This document shows positions 35,949 through 51,449 of a stretch of 64,000 nt of DNA, in pieces. This stretch comes from Iphione sp. A-MEVVRFRX5 (taxonomy: Eukaryota): assembly GCA_976226885.1 (NCBI GenBank), contig OZ320318.1, positions 65,782,001 through 65,846,000 of the forward strand, in the 5' to 3' direction. Positions within the stretch are counted from its first letter, which is position 1. Each line of letters starts with the position of its first letter. Both the position numbers and the translations under genes were made by a program. The notes under the pieces were generated by a model. The model made no database searches. It had not been told where the DNA came from and saw only the letters and a list, made by a program, of their open reading frames with translations.

Positions 35949-36991
35949 CTTCTCGTCCATTCTGATCCACACATGATGTTAAGAAAATGAATTTTATCTT
36001 TCATGTGCAGATTTGCGTGTGTGTTAGCTTGCAACTTGCAGACACCAACACAGCATTTGATTCTAGCCTCTCCGTATTAAATGATAACAAAGATACTGTT
36101 TCACCCAATCATCATTTCTCAGTTGATGGGAGTGTGGCAATCTGACGAATGAAAGATTTAACATACGAAAGATGTCTTATTCAAATGCAGTGTATGGAAT
36201 CCATATAACAACACCGATCAGTGTCATGGAAACATAGGGCACTTATGCAATTTGCATTCCTTTTGATCAAAGGATTGAAAATAAAAGATTAAGAATCAGT
36301 TCTCATTCTGGATGAGAATAGTTGGTGGTGATGTGGATTTTTATTGTGTCATGTATAATTCCACAAATATGCGTTCTAGAATCTTAGTCATGTGATCACC
36401 ACTGACGTTCTTGTTGCACGATCTTACAGTGCGTGACATGGCATTTTTCTCCTAAATAATTCATTTTTGCAGGTTTCGGATGTTTCCAAGTTAAACTAAA
36501 AAAACTGACCAATAGCGCTATAATTAATCATTTCTTTGTAGCAAAAGCCATGGATAATACGAAATTAATTGCTGAAACTTTACGTCTGTCACTGAAATAA
36601 CACTTTCGGTTAGTCCGAATGTTAGTCCGAATGTTCTGTATTTTCCTTTTCATTATGAAGAGCGGTCATTGTAAGGACAAAAGTCCATTGGCATTAAGGG
36701 TAGGATCCGGGCGGATTTGGGCGATCGTGGAAGATGTAGGGCTAGCTGGTGTGCGTGCTTCTCTGGTGGCCGATCGATCGGGTATTTTCGGGTTCCCCTA
36801 GCAAACATGAGCGTGACGCTGTGATCGATCGGCGCCGCGCGGAAAACTAACAACTATGAAAGGTAACAGACAGGCCGCAGAGCTAGCGACAAAGAAATTT
36901 ATTGTTGCTGCAGGCATATTCGTTTGATGAAGCATGCAGGTCTGCCTACTCTCATTCCCTCGCCTTCCCCTTCACTAGGTCTGCCCTCACG

Positions 36992-36999
36992 CACACACA

Positions 37000-37045
<46 letters not shown>
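36992..37045. repeat. (CA)n(CT)n microsatellite
   Basis: Directly visible; explains the ORFs 36902-37381 and 36924-37121. Confidence 0.95.
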
Positions 37046-37046
<1 letters not shown>

Positions 37047-38496
37047 ACTCTAACTCCTTCTCTTTCTCTCTTTCTCATCTATCTCACCCAACTAGTGCTA
37101 TTCTCGATAGTCTACATCTGACCACTGTCTCCGCTACATTTACTGATGTGTTTGCCTGCCCTCCTCTTTCATGCTGTCCTTCCTGCTTTACATATCCCTA
37201 TGTCTTTAACCGGCTCTCGTCACATGCCAGGAGATTGCGTGCTCACATGCTATCATACGGAACCTATGTTTCCTGTGAGTCAGAATTGGGCCACACTATC
37301 ACTCATGTTATCTCCAGTAGCAAGTTTTGCTTTCTTAGGGATCTTAGCTCGATGAAAAGCATCACCATAAACACCAGGTAAATATCGTGAGTTGGTGAAG
37401 AAGTAGGACAATTGGTCAACTTTATGGGAAACGTGGGCCGACCTACAACATAAACGACTGCCAGAAAAAGCTAGGGTATTAGGGTGAACAGCGCCCATGG
37501 AAGATGTACACTATAGTTATCTTTCCTGGCATATCGCATGGAGAACGATCGTCGTTTCCTCATTTTTTGACCTCTCCCCGTTTTACGATGATGAAATGTG
37601 TCTCGTTTCTTTTGGACGGTCAACAAGAGAAGCAGATATCTTATTCAAAAGACGCCACTCCCGAGTCTTTAACTTAAATGAAAAAAGGATACTGTTCATG
37701 TCATGACTGTATTTATTTCCCAGAACACTTCTTAAGTTTTTGAAGTAATGTTATGAATTAATCCAGGACGGGTTAAATGTATTACCCGACTCATTTAACA
37801 CTTTTTTTAGAATAATGAGTCGGCACAATAACCTTTGAGAAGTCTGGTCATCGGTATCTGAATTCCTATAAAAGTCATTTTTGAATTGTGACCCTATGCC
37901 TTTCCCCGTAGCTAAAAGCATCCCAAATCCTATTCTGAATATTAACGCGTAAGTTTAATAATTGATTGATTGAATGAATCATTTCTTTAAAGTGATAGGC
38001 AAATATTAACTGATCGTACTTTTATGGGAAAGACCTGCCCCCTTTACCCACCCCCACACATGCACACGCTAGATGGCGGCCACACAATCAAGTAGAATGA
38101 TACTATTATTATATTTTTTATCATAGCCTGTATTGCTGAATCATACTATTTAAATGAAATATATCAAAGAATCTAAGATCGGGAACATCGTATCACCTAT
38201 ATACTGGAGACGTGTAAAGTTTTGAAGGAAACCAGTGGAGAGTTTGGAACATACAAGTAAATTTCCTGATAAACAAGGATGATGGGAGGTTTATGCAAGC
38301 ATAATTGTCTTATGGTCTGCTGGAACACCAGGTTTTTCTCATTTGGAATATTGTATAAGTAACAACATACTTTATCTACACGTCAAAATACTCCCAAGCT
38401 ACTTTAGAAAATCAGTTAAATATCACTGCCCGTATGTATATCCATCCATATAGCTAAGCATCTTCTTATATTATAAGCTAACGAAAGTAATACAAA

Positions 38497-38770
38497 TTAA
38501 TGCGTACAACGCAGGAGACAACCATCTATTAACGCACTGTGTTCCAAAAATAAATGACGCAATGGCTTAAATTCTGTTCTCAAGGTACCTTTTTGTAACT
38601 CCGCAGAAAGAACAATTATCTGATTAGATCCACCTAGGAAGGAATTGGTGAAAAACTGTGCGAACAACTTTATGTTGTTGCCTTCTAAAATCAGCTCCGG
38701 GGGTTCATTAACTCTGGAGAAGGACTGTAATGAGTCAGCATCAATGTCGCCCCGGTGCATTGGCTGTGTT
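38497..38770 (-). mobile_element. Decayed CR1-group LINE RT C-terminal fragment
   Basis: SFSRVNEPPELILEGNNIKLFAQF..FLG..I.LS resembles the post-YADD SRK.P.PP.L.L.G..I..V..FKYLG segment. Confidence 0.35.
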
Positions 38771-39229
38771 AGGAAAACATTAGCGGATGTGCATTGTGGG
38801 AGGCCTACGTTCAGGTTCCCGGCCCGGGTGTAGATCTAGGTCAGTGTATGGGAACGTGGTTTGGGGCTCATCAGAATCTACACAATGGGCTGCAGATTAA
38901 AATCGCTGCAGTACGTCAGTCATTCTGGCTCTGTACCCGGTTAACATTATCATTACGAGAGATCCATGAATGATCAATGCTTGTATGAGACGAGAACTGG
39001 TGAATGCTCAGAACATACTAATCAATATAGGAACTCTTCCATTTTATTGGCAGAAGGCGCTTTATTGCAGGGGTGGGGTGATTTCAAAGAAGCTCATTTT
39101 GCGGCACGGATCTACGTTAGTACATTAGGATCGATGTATCATGTGGTGTTTGCTTTTTTTCATTTCACACGTTTCCGAACTGCTTTTCACGTCTGAGAGC
39201 AGCATGCTTTGAAAGCTACACGTCCATCC

Positions 39230-39620
39230 TCCATGGCTGACAGACTTTGTGTATGTTTCAAGCACATGGCGAGCCAATACATCTCACCAGCTCAGTTGTA
39301 TCTGCATCATGGAACCCCGTCTTCAGTTTCAATGACCACCATCTCAATTCCCATAAAGAGTGCCATACCGGGGACATCAGACAAATCTAATGTAAGACCC
39401 TTCAAACAATCCAAAACATCTGATAATACTGATGTGTCCCAAGAGTATTCCCCCAGTGGAGCTGCAGTACAGCAGGGAAAGCTGCACTAACCGACTCAAG
39501 CCTGCAACAGATCCAACATGTAAGATCCCCAGGGCTAACCATGCGACTTATACAACGCACGGCAGACGAAAGTCTCCATACATTACGGATGAGGGTATTC
39601 TCGTCAAAACACTGCTACCA
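39230..39620 (+). mobile_element. Decayed L2-like LINE RT C-terminal fragment
   Basis: GEPIHLTSSV, I*CKTLQTIQNI and SLQQIQHV occur in L2 order, with stops and frameshifts. Confidence 0.3.
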
Positions 39621-42149
39621 AGGAAAAGAGAACAGACCATCCACTGCTTTAGACCAGACCTCGGCGAGTGTTAACCCTCAAGGATAAAATACACCCAGAA
39701 CATGATAATTTGATTATTGTCTTCACGAGAGCGTATCTTCCTTAACGGGCTTTCCCAAGTAAAAGTGCCAGAGGTCAAGAAGTAGTTCACACTAAAGTCC
39801 GATTAAGGTAACGACTAAATATGCAGTTATTGTAGACCATAAAAAGATGTGTACGTGTAGAACAGAGTACGCCAGATAGGCGTCTGAACAGTTGCCTCTG
39901 AGGCAGTAGAGGGGCGTTGGTCACAAACAATTTGCACATCAAGGGGTAGACGGTTAATTTTTTTTCACAGCTGGATGATGGAATTTGCGTGATCAAATAT
40001 TACAGGCGTCCTGTAGTAGACAACCTCGGCTGCTGGGGCACAGTGCAGCAACATTTCACGTCTTCACGCTAGGAGGCGTCGGGTCGGACTGTGGAAATCG
40101 AACGGGCAGAATATAAAAATACTGTGTCTCAATGACTTGCGTTTTTTCTGCTGTGCATGAAGGGTGAATATGGGCATAACCAAGAGTAACCATGTCTGCA
40201 TTTGTGATCGGTGCAAAAGACACAGAACTGTTTTAATTCGTGGAAGGCTACTAGGAGCACGCAGTATTACGGGCAACTTATTGTCATCCGTTAAATCGAT
40301 CTGAACATGAGGCTAATCTTAACATCGCTGATAACAATGAGAACACACTGCTGTAGTCAAAGAAGTACAGTCGTTACCTGGTTTTCCGGATGGCCAAACT
40401 AACTTGAGGAAGAACACGAGCGGTCTCCTTTACTGGTAATACCTTATTACCATTTTAACAACTGGATCGGTCGTTCTGCTGGTAATCACCCAGCATTACT
40501 GCCGCTTGCGGTTGTTAAGGGTAAGCTCCCATCCCGGCACGATTCCTCGGAGGGAGAAGGCTTTAAGGGATAGTCGGAGAGGTAATTGTGTACCTCCGTA
40601 GTAGCACTAGCTCACATACAGATGCCAAACAAACATGAAAAAGGGATCGCTCAGGACAGGTCCTAGTGAGTCGTAAATGTTTGCTGTTTCGATTTTTCCC
40701 ACTTAAGCTTAGCACATATATATATATAAATACACATATATATAAATACATGTATTTGGCTGCATCTAGGGAACTGCCCTTACAGCAACTTATACGCTTT
40801 ATTCCGGCGGATACCTGAGTTCCTTAATGAATTCCATTGTCATATTCTTGTCTTCTCCCTTCTTTTCTTCTGTATCTTCTTCATTGTTTCTGTGGAGTTT
40901 CAGCGACAGTCGACAGACGTAACCGTGTATGTTGTTACCAGAGAATTACACAAATACTGTGAACTATGCTCTGCACTATTTTACTCCTCAGTCTGTTTAG
41001 ATTTCTCGCAGGAGCGGAGAGCCGCGAATCCTATATGTACATGCTGGATATTAGCTTTAGTCTGATTCAATCGATAGATAATGATGGCCCAACATTTCTT
41101 CATTGTGTTAAAAGGATTTAAATTTTACCATTGAAGACTAACCTTACCTTTCAGCGGGATGCCATCCTCAATCGGTTATGTTCGGGTCACATCCGTATTA
41201 CCTGTGTTTTATTCACTAGTTTACTGTAGTATAAATAGATAATCCTTCTGTTTGCCTTGAAACCGTATTGAATCAAGACGTCTTTATGTACAAAAAGGGA
41301 AGGAAAAATCGATTCTTTAACGCAACATACACCTACTGTTTTCATGATAATTGTGAAACACGACATATGCTTTGTCATGATTATTATAAAAAAAATACGT
41401 ACATGTATTTTCGTGACCATTATTCAAAATATCTACTTATACAAAAAAGCAAGACAACATAACCCAACGCCCTGTAGATTTAGAATAAATATAACGTACG
41501 TCATCCAAAACTGCATATACTGTTTTATCAAATTTGTAACGACAGTTAACCCCTGATTTGTGAGGAGAAGCAAATCTCTTTCATTGGGATGCAATATTAT
41601 ACGGAGAATCTTAAGGCATTTTTTTCCTTTGAACCACTGAAAAAGCGGCTCTTTTGTGTCCTGATGGAGCAGGTGTCACGTGGTGACAAGTAAGCGACGT
41701 TTTTTATGTGTCGGTACAACAGCAAGAGCCAGAACAGACAGGCGGACTAGCGGTATTTCTTTTGATAGGACACATCGCCAAAGAGAGTGTGTATACAAAC
41801 CATTAACAAATCGATAGAAAATGAAGTCAATTTCACATATGTTTTACATCCATTTGTACAGCAGACATTGGCACACTGCAAAAATGTCATTCAATAGAAG
41901 ACAACAACGTATTGTGCGTAGAATGACCTTATGAAAAAGGTGTAGTATCGTGTGTTATGAAAATGCTTTCATTACAGTCATGGGTTCCGCCAAGGGAATC
42001 CTTGCCAACTGCCAAGTGCCTAGGTACGAGGTACAGACCTCTCTATGTCAGCTGGGGTTGTAACATTCCCAGCACTCCGTTAGTGACCTTGTAGGGATAT
42101 ATTTAATATCGCAAAACATCATACTAAATGTCACCCGTTCCAAACTGTT

Positions 42150-42420
42150 GAAAAGTTTCTCCCCAATCAGTTCACTCTTGACAGTAAGAGGTGTTGATTA
42201 ATATTCCATGGCACCTGTCTTTAGAACATTTGAATAGATTTTCAGGCTATAAACCAAATTCCATATGACATCAATGTCAGTTAGAACCAGTGTTATTTGG
42301 GTATAACCTGCATTCAAAATTACTCGTCCATGCCCAGAACGTCCAAATGCATCATGACATTCACTCTCTTGCGATACGTTCTTCAGATGTATAATTTTCA
42401 GGCCATATACTTCATCAAGG
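42150..42420 (-). mobile_element. Decayed LINE APE-endonuclease N-terminal fragment
   Basis: GLKIIHL.NVS, then LDVLGMDE, then GY match the start of CR1-group endonucleases (GLKI.HLN.RS, D.L.ISE). Frameshifted. Confidence 0.3.
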
Positions 42421-45400
42421 CTATTTAATTAGACTAACAGTCTCATCGTTGTCTCGCTCAGAGTGTAATGACCTAATCTGATTTCTGTGTGTGATCGTGG
42501 CCTGAGGGCCTGAGTAGCTGCTGTCATAAAGCGTTTCCCAGTCCAGAGATAGGCGCAGATGCCGGTTCTGGCACGAGGCACACACCAACCGCCTGGATCA
42601 TGAATCATGCAGAGAGTCGTGATGAGACTGGGGGTCCCTGTAGACCTGCCTCCCACTAGGAAGCCACATGGCTTCCCCAGGGATAGGTAGATGAGATGGT
42701 CTGGGTTTCCCACGCACACCCTCGCAACAGAATATCTGCGCTTTGGGGTCAATGAATCCATTTCATTCAATTACTCCGGCCTAATACCCAAGTCAGCCAC
42801 TTTAGACAGGCCCCACCCAAGGTACGACTGCAAAGTGATCTATTTTCAGCAATTAATTCAAGCAGAGAGTTGGCTTGATGATGGAGTAACTCTTTTAGTT
42901 ATGTTTGGTTTCAGTGGGCTATCTAGCGATTGAATGAAATATGAGCTGATGCCATTACATCTACTGGACTTCTTTACAGTAGAAAGACTCTTCTCAAACT
43001 TTCCTCCATTGAGATGTTTCCCTCTTAGAGAGTACACCTTTTACATATAGGAAATAGGATCCGTTCTTCACTATGGTGTTCCTTTTAGAAGGCTGTCCCT
43101 AGTGGAGATGCGTCCGAAAGGTGGCTTTCAACTGCCGGCTAATATCCTCAAGTTGATCAGCACGAATTCCCTACTATATCCTACACCATTAACAGAACTC
43201 TCCTCATATATTATGGTCAGTTCAATTGGAGCAGCTTAATTTATGTCCTTTAAGACTAATACTGTCAATAAGATCAGCATGAATACTGGATCTTCTCTTT
43301 ACAGGTCACTATACTGAACTCATTCTATTTCTGTGATACCATGAACCCACATGAATTTGATTTCGATTTGATGTCAATTAACCAATATTACGTGACATCG
43401 ATGAGGTTTGAAAACATTCTTTGCTATACGTCTTATGTCTCAGACTTTGTTTCCATGCAGTGATTTGTATTTCCAATAAATTTTTATGTAAATATTCTAC
43501 TTGAGAAGAAACTTGGCGATAGGACTATATATTTGACAACATATCTCGATCCTGATCGATGGCATATAAATATATAAAATCTACGTAGACCAATTAAACT
43601 CTTCTTACACGCGATGTGCACGCAAGAGCCAACTACATAACTATGTTCCTTGGAATGTACTGAACAGGTCTTACATTAATGATATCCCCGGGGGACATCC
43701 ACCTTCATATTACTGTGCACGAAATACTTGAGAGAAATCTCTGCTTCTCTTTAAAAGCTGTGGACAGGAATAGAAGCTGATGATCTTGACCATGGGTGGT
43801 TAATTTTGATATCATCGTCAGGCAGTGCACAATTCAGACCACGTGCATGATTTCATGCCGGACATCACAGACAGTCTCTCTGGGTAATTGACCGTACCTC
43901 CACACATATACGCACACACACACGGCTCAGGTGGGATATTTGGAAATAACACAGGTAGCACTCCAAAGTCGCCTTTGTACACTGGCTGCCGACATCGATC
44001 CCAGGGGGATGGTTCTCTATCGGTGAGGAGTCTCCGCAGGTCAAGTGCACTCATATTATTACACCGTGCAAATATCGAAAGGAGCACACCTTCCCTGATA
44101 AAATTATGGCCTTTGCCCAGGACCCTCTACATTATTTGTGGCTTTGTTCCGATCTAGTTTTCGTGTTTATGCTGCGAATAGTATCGTAACCTGCCGTAAT
44201 TATAGTGATGGTATTCTCCACCGGGAAGGCTGCCAGGAATCAATGCAGCAAAGGTGTGGCATACCATTTGTACCATTACAATCCGACTCTACCATCTACG
44301 TTTACCTCCTCTAAACAATAGCAGCGTCATGTACTTCGAATTTATTTTACTTCACAGTGTACATCATAGACAGCCATGCAGTCTAATAAAACTACTCTGG
44401 TCACATTCATTGGTCATCCGGGCATTGTCGTTTGCCTTTCCCTAAAGGGTTAGGTAGAGCGAGAGACATTTATACACGTCCAATGTGTGAGCTGTTTTGT
44501 ACGCCTGACTTGGTCGTGTGGCTACATGTAAAAGAAACGGAAACAATGCGCAGAATTAAAACTGGCCAAGAACGTGATATCGTCGTGTCATGGATTACAT
44601 GGCCATACAGAGAGAGGCAGGGGATTTGAAGCAGGTAACAGATACACCAAAGGGTTTGATGCTTGGACAAAAGGTTAAGCCTCGGGCGTTGCTAACAGCG
44701 GGTTACACAGCATCGAACCGGGAAGCAGATACACACCTTGGTGGACACAATCATCCACTCGGATGCTCCTCTCAAGCCGTAGGGTCGCCTCGCTGGACGG
44801 GGAGCCAGAATGGATAGGTTTTGAGTGGCCATTTCACTGGCATAACCTCGGCGAGGCAGGGACACCTTTAGTCATTGTCCCATTTGATCCTGGAATGTTT
44901 TCTTTAGTTATTATCGCTCAAGAAATTTGGTTTCCACAGATTTTGGCCAAATGATTCGGTAATTCTGGTTAATGGTCTTTGCTTTAGTGACCAGGTTCGT
45001 GCCATGTAAGACTTCAGAAACCAACGCGGAGAAACCGACCGCTCGCCTCTCCTTTTACCAATCTGTTTATGATCATCCCGTGGCTCCGTTTTCTTTCTGC
45101 TGATCTATCCCTTATTATCCGGCTCCTGGTCTTTCCATCAGACTATGAACCATCTAGATCCCATGTCCATCCCGTTGGCTTGTACCTGATTGATAAGGTC
45201 GCCGCTCTTGTTATTGTTAAGCGGCCAGGCAGAGTAGTCGGCACGCTCGATGGCGATTGCAGGCTTTGTTTGCTGATGATCAACGTTAACGGTGGGCCTC
45301 AACCCCAAGAAACTGTGCACCATCTCAATCCGCCATTCCCCACTCCCCATCCCTCCACCCTATGCTGCCACCACGATACCGTATACACACACCAACCATT

Positions 45401-48400
45401 CGATGTCCGCCAGCGGCCAATATGAAGTGTGCACAGTTTGTTGTTGCCGGTTAGGTTAGATCATGCTGGCCATCTCACCATGGGCTAGATAATGATCTGC
45501 TGGAAGGCTCGAGAGATCGAATGTGGCGGTATCCCCGACACTTATGTATTTAATGGATCTTAATGCATGGTTTATAGGTCGCTGCCGCACGTACATACAC
45601 CCATCCCATAGAGACCGATATTTGAGGAGCAAATTCACAAATCTCCCGATTCAAATACACAAACTGTATCTATTACTGTACATTTTATAGTAATACATTT
45701 TATTAGAAATATCGGAGTTCGATATCATTCTTGTAAATTGGGTTCTCAAGCATAAATAATCGGACTTACATTCGCTACCAACAAGAGAGATTCAGGAGAA
45801 GTATGCAAGAACACAAAAATTAAACGGTTCTTAGATGAGAGTACGTCGCCGACCGTGGCAAATTGTGAAGACAGTTTCTATTTGTTGCCTGTGATACTGA
45901 CAGCAGGCGCATACACAGCATACACATATTCTTCCTTGTACTTGAACTTATGGATATGGAATATTTCCATATTTTATTTTGTATGTTTTTGTCTGCATAG
46001 TATGTCTGCATACAGACAGAGGTACCCCCGAAGCCGTGGGGATGTGGTTTAAGACACCATTTGATGGTGGATCAAAGTGTGTAACACGTTAACGTATCCC
46101 ATTTGACCGGCCACAGAGCGTACATAAAGGGAAGACAATACTAGTCTTCGTACTGAGGGGCCACGCCAGAAGGCCAGGGAGGGAATGTTTACGGCCTTGC
46201 GGCGTCCACGATTCTAAGACCTACAGATTACATTAATTCAAACAGTAGATGAACCGGGCGCCACGCACAGCCCCGACTGCCGGGATTTGTTCGAGATATG
46301 GATGAGCAGCACTACATTGGCTTGTTAAAGTTGCCAGTGTGTGTTAGTTGATTCATTTGTTCAGGAATGTGTGTTTGTGTGTGTGTGCGTGTGTGTGCGT
46401 GTGTATGTGTCCGCTTGAGATAAGCCGTTGATCCATGTTATTATGTGAGAAATACAAAACAAGACTCAAACCTGTCACGCAGATGAAAGAAAAACACTCC
46501 AATTATGATGCGAAACATAAGGGACTGATAAGGAATGTCAGAAGACCATAGGAGATTGTAGGGGAGATGCATTGCACAATTGCAACCAAAAGGTGATAAA
46601 AATAAACTGAATACATAATCGAGAAACGAAGGTTTTCGGTAGAAGCTCAAACCGTTGCAGTGACCTTTTAGATCGAAGTAACAGAATGAAAAGTAGTGCG
46701 AAATAAAAGATATTCAAAGAACTTCTTAAGCTTAACAGTTTAATGCAACATTTTCCTTTTCGGTTCCCCACCGCCGACTTGCATCGATGTGTGTCTATAG
46801 CGTTTGTCCTATAATGACAAGTAAATATAGCTACTTCTATCTAGAATATGCGGTCGTGCCGATTTCGCTGCTCATGCTGTAATGGTAATGCAGCTAGCAA
46901 TACAAATTGCAGACTTTGTGTACATCTGGCCCTCTAATTATCCCATCCTCCGAGAAGTGTATGTTCCCGCATCACAATTTCCTTCAGGCCTATTCAGGAT
47001 GCACTGCCGCCTCGAATGAAAACACCGCTGAGCTCGCAGTGCATGCCGCACATAGTGCTGCTGCCGTCCACATGCCCTACGAGTACTGGCCTAGTTTCCC
47101 GTGCTCTCTGGCGAGCAAGAGTGACCTCAGCAGCCAGTTGTAAGCAATATTGGCCATTGGGGATGGGACCGACCGGTCTTCCTGACGACGATATCTGTCA
47201 CGACGCTTACAAGAGGCCGGTGTGGAGTTTCGGGCCGAGTTTGTCGCTCTGAGTCGCCTCTGGTTTCTCCATTCTTGTATCTCGATGGCGAGAAGTGTTA
47301 GGTCCCGTGTTCGCATTGCATACGGTTGCCGTCGTTCGTACTGTGCAGCCAGTAACGTTTCATGCAGACAGAAAGGCAATCTGTTGGGAGATGAAGCCTT
47401 AGCCCGGCATACCCCCCTTATCGTTTTCTGTTGGAACGAAGACCATAAGAATACTAAATAAATGCAATATTCATGGAAGTGCATTGCAGGCATATTCTCC
47501 TTTTCATATCAAACCCACCCAATTGGGTTGCTTTCCAGGTGTATTTGTTCACACATATTTTACATACTCTTACACCCTGGAAGATTGATATGGGGGGGTC
47601 AACATTTAAAATATGGTTATAGGAGGCAAACGTGAATCTAGAATAGTAAATCATATTAACAGTTGATTGAGAAGGTGTGGATGGGAGGAGTCATCAGAGA
47701 ACGGTAATCAAAGAGGCTTCTTCTTGGAGGAAAAGGTAACAGTATTGGACAGAAGTACATAGGCTGGCCCTAAACTGTCTTTTTCCTAAGGATTGAAGGT
47801 ACCTTGATCGGGTGGCGGTATACCGAACGGCTTGGAAACATGTTTTTCTTTGCAAGAAAGGTACCAAGATAGGACGAAAAGAAGGGATCAATCTTCAGGA
47901 CAGACAGCACCCTTAGGGACAAACTGCGACAACCCATCCCCTGATAAGAGTCGTAAGGGGTTGGGTCGGCCACCTGCCTTCCTGAAAATCCCACTGATCC
48001 TTGCTAGCTAGTCCGGAGACGTCAATGCAGAGTTTAAAGTTGCAGTAAGATGTCTATGTCGATATCTCTATTTGCGGAGTCTGTGTTATATCCCCAGAGC
48101 TACTGTAAATATTTCCTTTTGAAGTATACTGATGAGGGGGCCAAGGCAACCGCAGATAATGTAGGTAGTGGATATTCGATATGCTCTTCAATGCTAAAGC
48201 TCCATTTAAAATGGACAGCTCTCAGTACACGTGCGCTTTTTCTGCTTCTCTTTGTACGTAAAAATCCAGGCGCGTTTTTAGCCATATGATATATAGGCCT
48301 ACTCCTGCGTGTGGATGTACAAAGAATACACTTTGATGCACAGTGTGCTCAGGAAGACGAAACGGGATCATGGCTGTTTAAAAGATGGAATATGTGAAGA

Positions 48401-50184
48401 ATTAAATAACATTCTCTATGACCTGATTGTTATACATCCAAGATTCACGTATACAACGATATCACATCAAAGGCCCTGTAATGGACACATCCCATGGCTC
48501 ACATAAAAATAAGTGCTCCTTTTTCTACGGAGATAAAATGAACAATGTCGCCATTAAGCGCACGAGCGCCTGATACTGGCACACTCCTTATAGATTAGTT
48601 TCTAATTAATACACCTCATCCAACACATTTATGCTTGATGCGAGCACCATAAGAACTGGGGATTATCGATCAAGTCATAAACACTTTATGAGAGGCAATA
48701 AAGGCTTCTTACACTGATAAAGATCAACTTTCCACTGAACACAATGGACGAACTCTCCACCACGACGGAGCTGCTTGTTTATCTATTTCATGCACATAGG
48801 GAAGCGGCAAACATTATATGCGCCACCATCAACTTCAGCAAAGGCGCTAGACCGTCTCTCTAGTCTTGAATTGGAAGCCACCACAACATTTATCCACATA
48901 TCTTTGAACAGATGTGGGGAGGAGAGACTGGTATACGACCACTTTCTCATCCGTTGGCCAGCTGTTAATATCCAACAGTCCCAGCATCACATGCGTCAAT
49001 GAAGAAGATGCACCTTCTCTCCGATGCGATTTATTCAAGTAGAACTGCAACCAGACGTAGTGAGAGGATGAAATGATAAGCCGCAAACAATATTGAATAT
49101 CCTGCAGGCGAAGGCTGATAGTCTTCTTATCCTCTCATAATCTGGACTGTGGCCCCCACCTTTTCCCATGTCATAGCTCACAACCGACTGTTAATTTGCA
49201 CTAAAGCTTTTAAATTAGTTACGGACCGTTAGCTATCTTGGAGATCGAATGATATGCATCGTTGACACATAAAGTGGTAGCTGAGCCGCAGCGATCCTGG
49301 CAAGGAAGATAACTCTCCAACAAATGTAATAAAAAATAATCATAAGATAATTGCGAGGCCAAACAGAGGCCCTAGCGCGTGTAGGTTATCCCTTTGTCAC
49401 ACGAATATTTTTCGCGCTCTCGTAGGGTTAATGAATTAAGAAATGGACATTCTTGTAATATCCCTTGCGTACGAAAATAATATCATCCTGCGACGAGCAT
49501 TAATATTTGCATGAAAAGGCATTTGTTGCCAAAAAGTTATTGTGGAACTCGAGTTAGTTCGGGAAAGTCCCCTGACGCTAAGAAATATCACCTTTGACAT
49601 ATTCTTAATATTAATCATTTCTCCTCCGCCTTTTCAAAGGCCAAATGCATCAATGAATATATCGTATTGATCTCCGTATATAATCGGAGGCAGATGGATG
49701 AATTTCCGCCGTGTTTGTCTTAAGACTGAGCATTCTTCCTCTGTTCAGATGGGCGGGGGGAATTGTGTATCATAAAACATGGATCTCGATGGCTTTCCGT
49801 ATAGTAGTATTAAACTTCTTAGTGACTATATACACCGTCGATTTCTCTGATCTAATTGATCTGAAGACCTCCTGTTACGTACCTTTAAAACTCTTATCTA
49901 TAGATTGCATTAGCGAATCAAAGTGACCTCCCTTTCGTGATGAACGATCATGCCTCTGAAAAAAGATCACACGCAATAATGTCGGAGAAGAGTGACTTTG
50001 TAATATTGCCCCTTGCCAGATGCCCCCATGAAGATGATATTAACTACATAACGATCATATTGCTTTCCTAGATTTTGAACCCCTCTAAAGTAGCGTTTAT
50101 TTTGTCACATGGTGGTGGTTGTTTTACGATGGTTTTTAATGTTTCAATGTTAAGTAAAAGAGATGTAATGACGTATAGTTAATT

Positions 50185-50420
50185 GTAGTTAGAGGAGCTT
50201 TACTGGGGCTATCAATCTTGAGTTTCTATACGACAAGGGTACGGGAAAGGTACCATTCACTGGATTTCTTAATTTCCTTCCGTTATTCATATCGCTGACA
50301 ATGTCCATTGGTGTTGACCTACACACTCTAGCCCATCGACTGGAAGGGTTTTCCATGGGATAGACCCATGTCGGCTCCAGAGTTGCATTAGCACCGACCA
50401 TCTGCTAACGTTGGCTTCTG
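50185..50420 (-). mobile_element. Decayed LINE 3' ORF2 end (CR1/Rex1-like)
   Basis: Minus ORF ends YRNSRLIAPVKLL*, similar to the RY.NSF.P.A.RLLN terminus; SSRWARV lies upstream. Confidence 0.3.
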
Positions 50421-51449
50421 TCTCCTCGTGAAAGCGGACCCGGGCGCCGCCGCGGCCGCCGCCCCTTCAAAGCCCACACTTCCACAATCCTCCGCCAGTG
50501 TATGGGTGCATTCTCCCTGGTAGTAGAAAAGGTGGGTGTTATGGTTGCAAGTCGGTGCGGTACTGAGTGCATTGATAAATTGCTCGTACGTTGTAGTCCG
50601 TGTTTTGCCAGAATCAGCCTATTGATACGCACTAGGTGGAAATCCATTCAGAACCCACGTAGGCCAGCATTGGGATCCCCGCAGAGCCAAACAGTGGGTG
50701 GGCCTGCCGTTCGTTCCTATTAAAATATGGAAACGTTAAATGCTGCCTTCATTAACTTATGTTTTAATATCGAATGACAAAATTACATTCCACAATGAGA
50801 TGAATCGTGATCAGAAGAACTTTGAGAATCCAATTAAGTGGTTGTGATACTCACAGAAAATGCTACTTTTCTTCCTCGCATATTCATCCGTAGTGCTCAT
50901 GTGCTGAGGCACACCCCGCTTCCTAGTCTGTTGCTGTTTATATAGCTAATGGTCAGGCGGGGGTGGGGGAGGGCGCACTAATAGTTTACATTATTCCTCG
51001 TGTTAACTTTGCCTCTTCGCTACCATTAGTGACTAACGTGGTCCGCATCTTAAGCCATCATTACTATCGGAGAGGAAGCCACAGGCGGTTTAACAATCTC
51101 CAATCAGTGGCTGCATTAGGCAGGAACAATCTAATTACCACCGTTTGTCTTCATTTATATCCACGCTCCTTCAAAGTAGAAGCCACGTTCTTAAAGTTAA
51201 TAAAGAAAGCCATCGTAAAGGTTCCGTTATTTCCTTTGACAATTTAAAGTCATTGTTACATCCTCTATACATTCGCAATTGTCCTCTTCTGCCATGCGTT
51301 GCACGATACAGGTACTGCTGAGAAATGTTTGAAGTATTTTCAGCAAACGCCTGGATAAATAGAAAATCTTGCTTCTCTGCCCATGGCTGTGTGCCGCTTG
51401 TCACGTTTTCCTGCATTCGTTACAATTATCCAGCAAATTGGCTAATTCA

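Noticed and set aside
45404-45592. VRQRPI encoded on both strands with synonymous-looking differences
   Set aside because: Only 18 bp, and the similarity does not extend on either side; consistent with chance.
47000-47493. GC-rich block with several overlapping ORFs, as a possible exon
   Set aside because: The frame compatible with exon 1 runs into a stop with no good donor, and no frame shows a recognisable domain.
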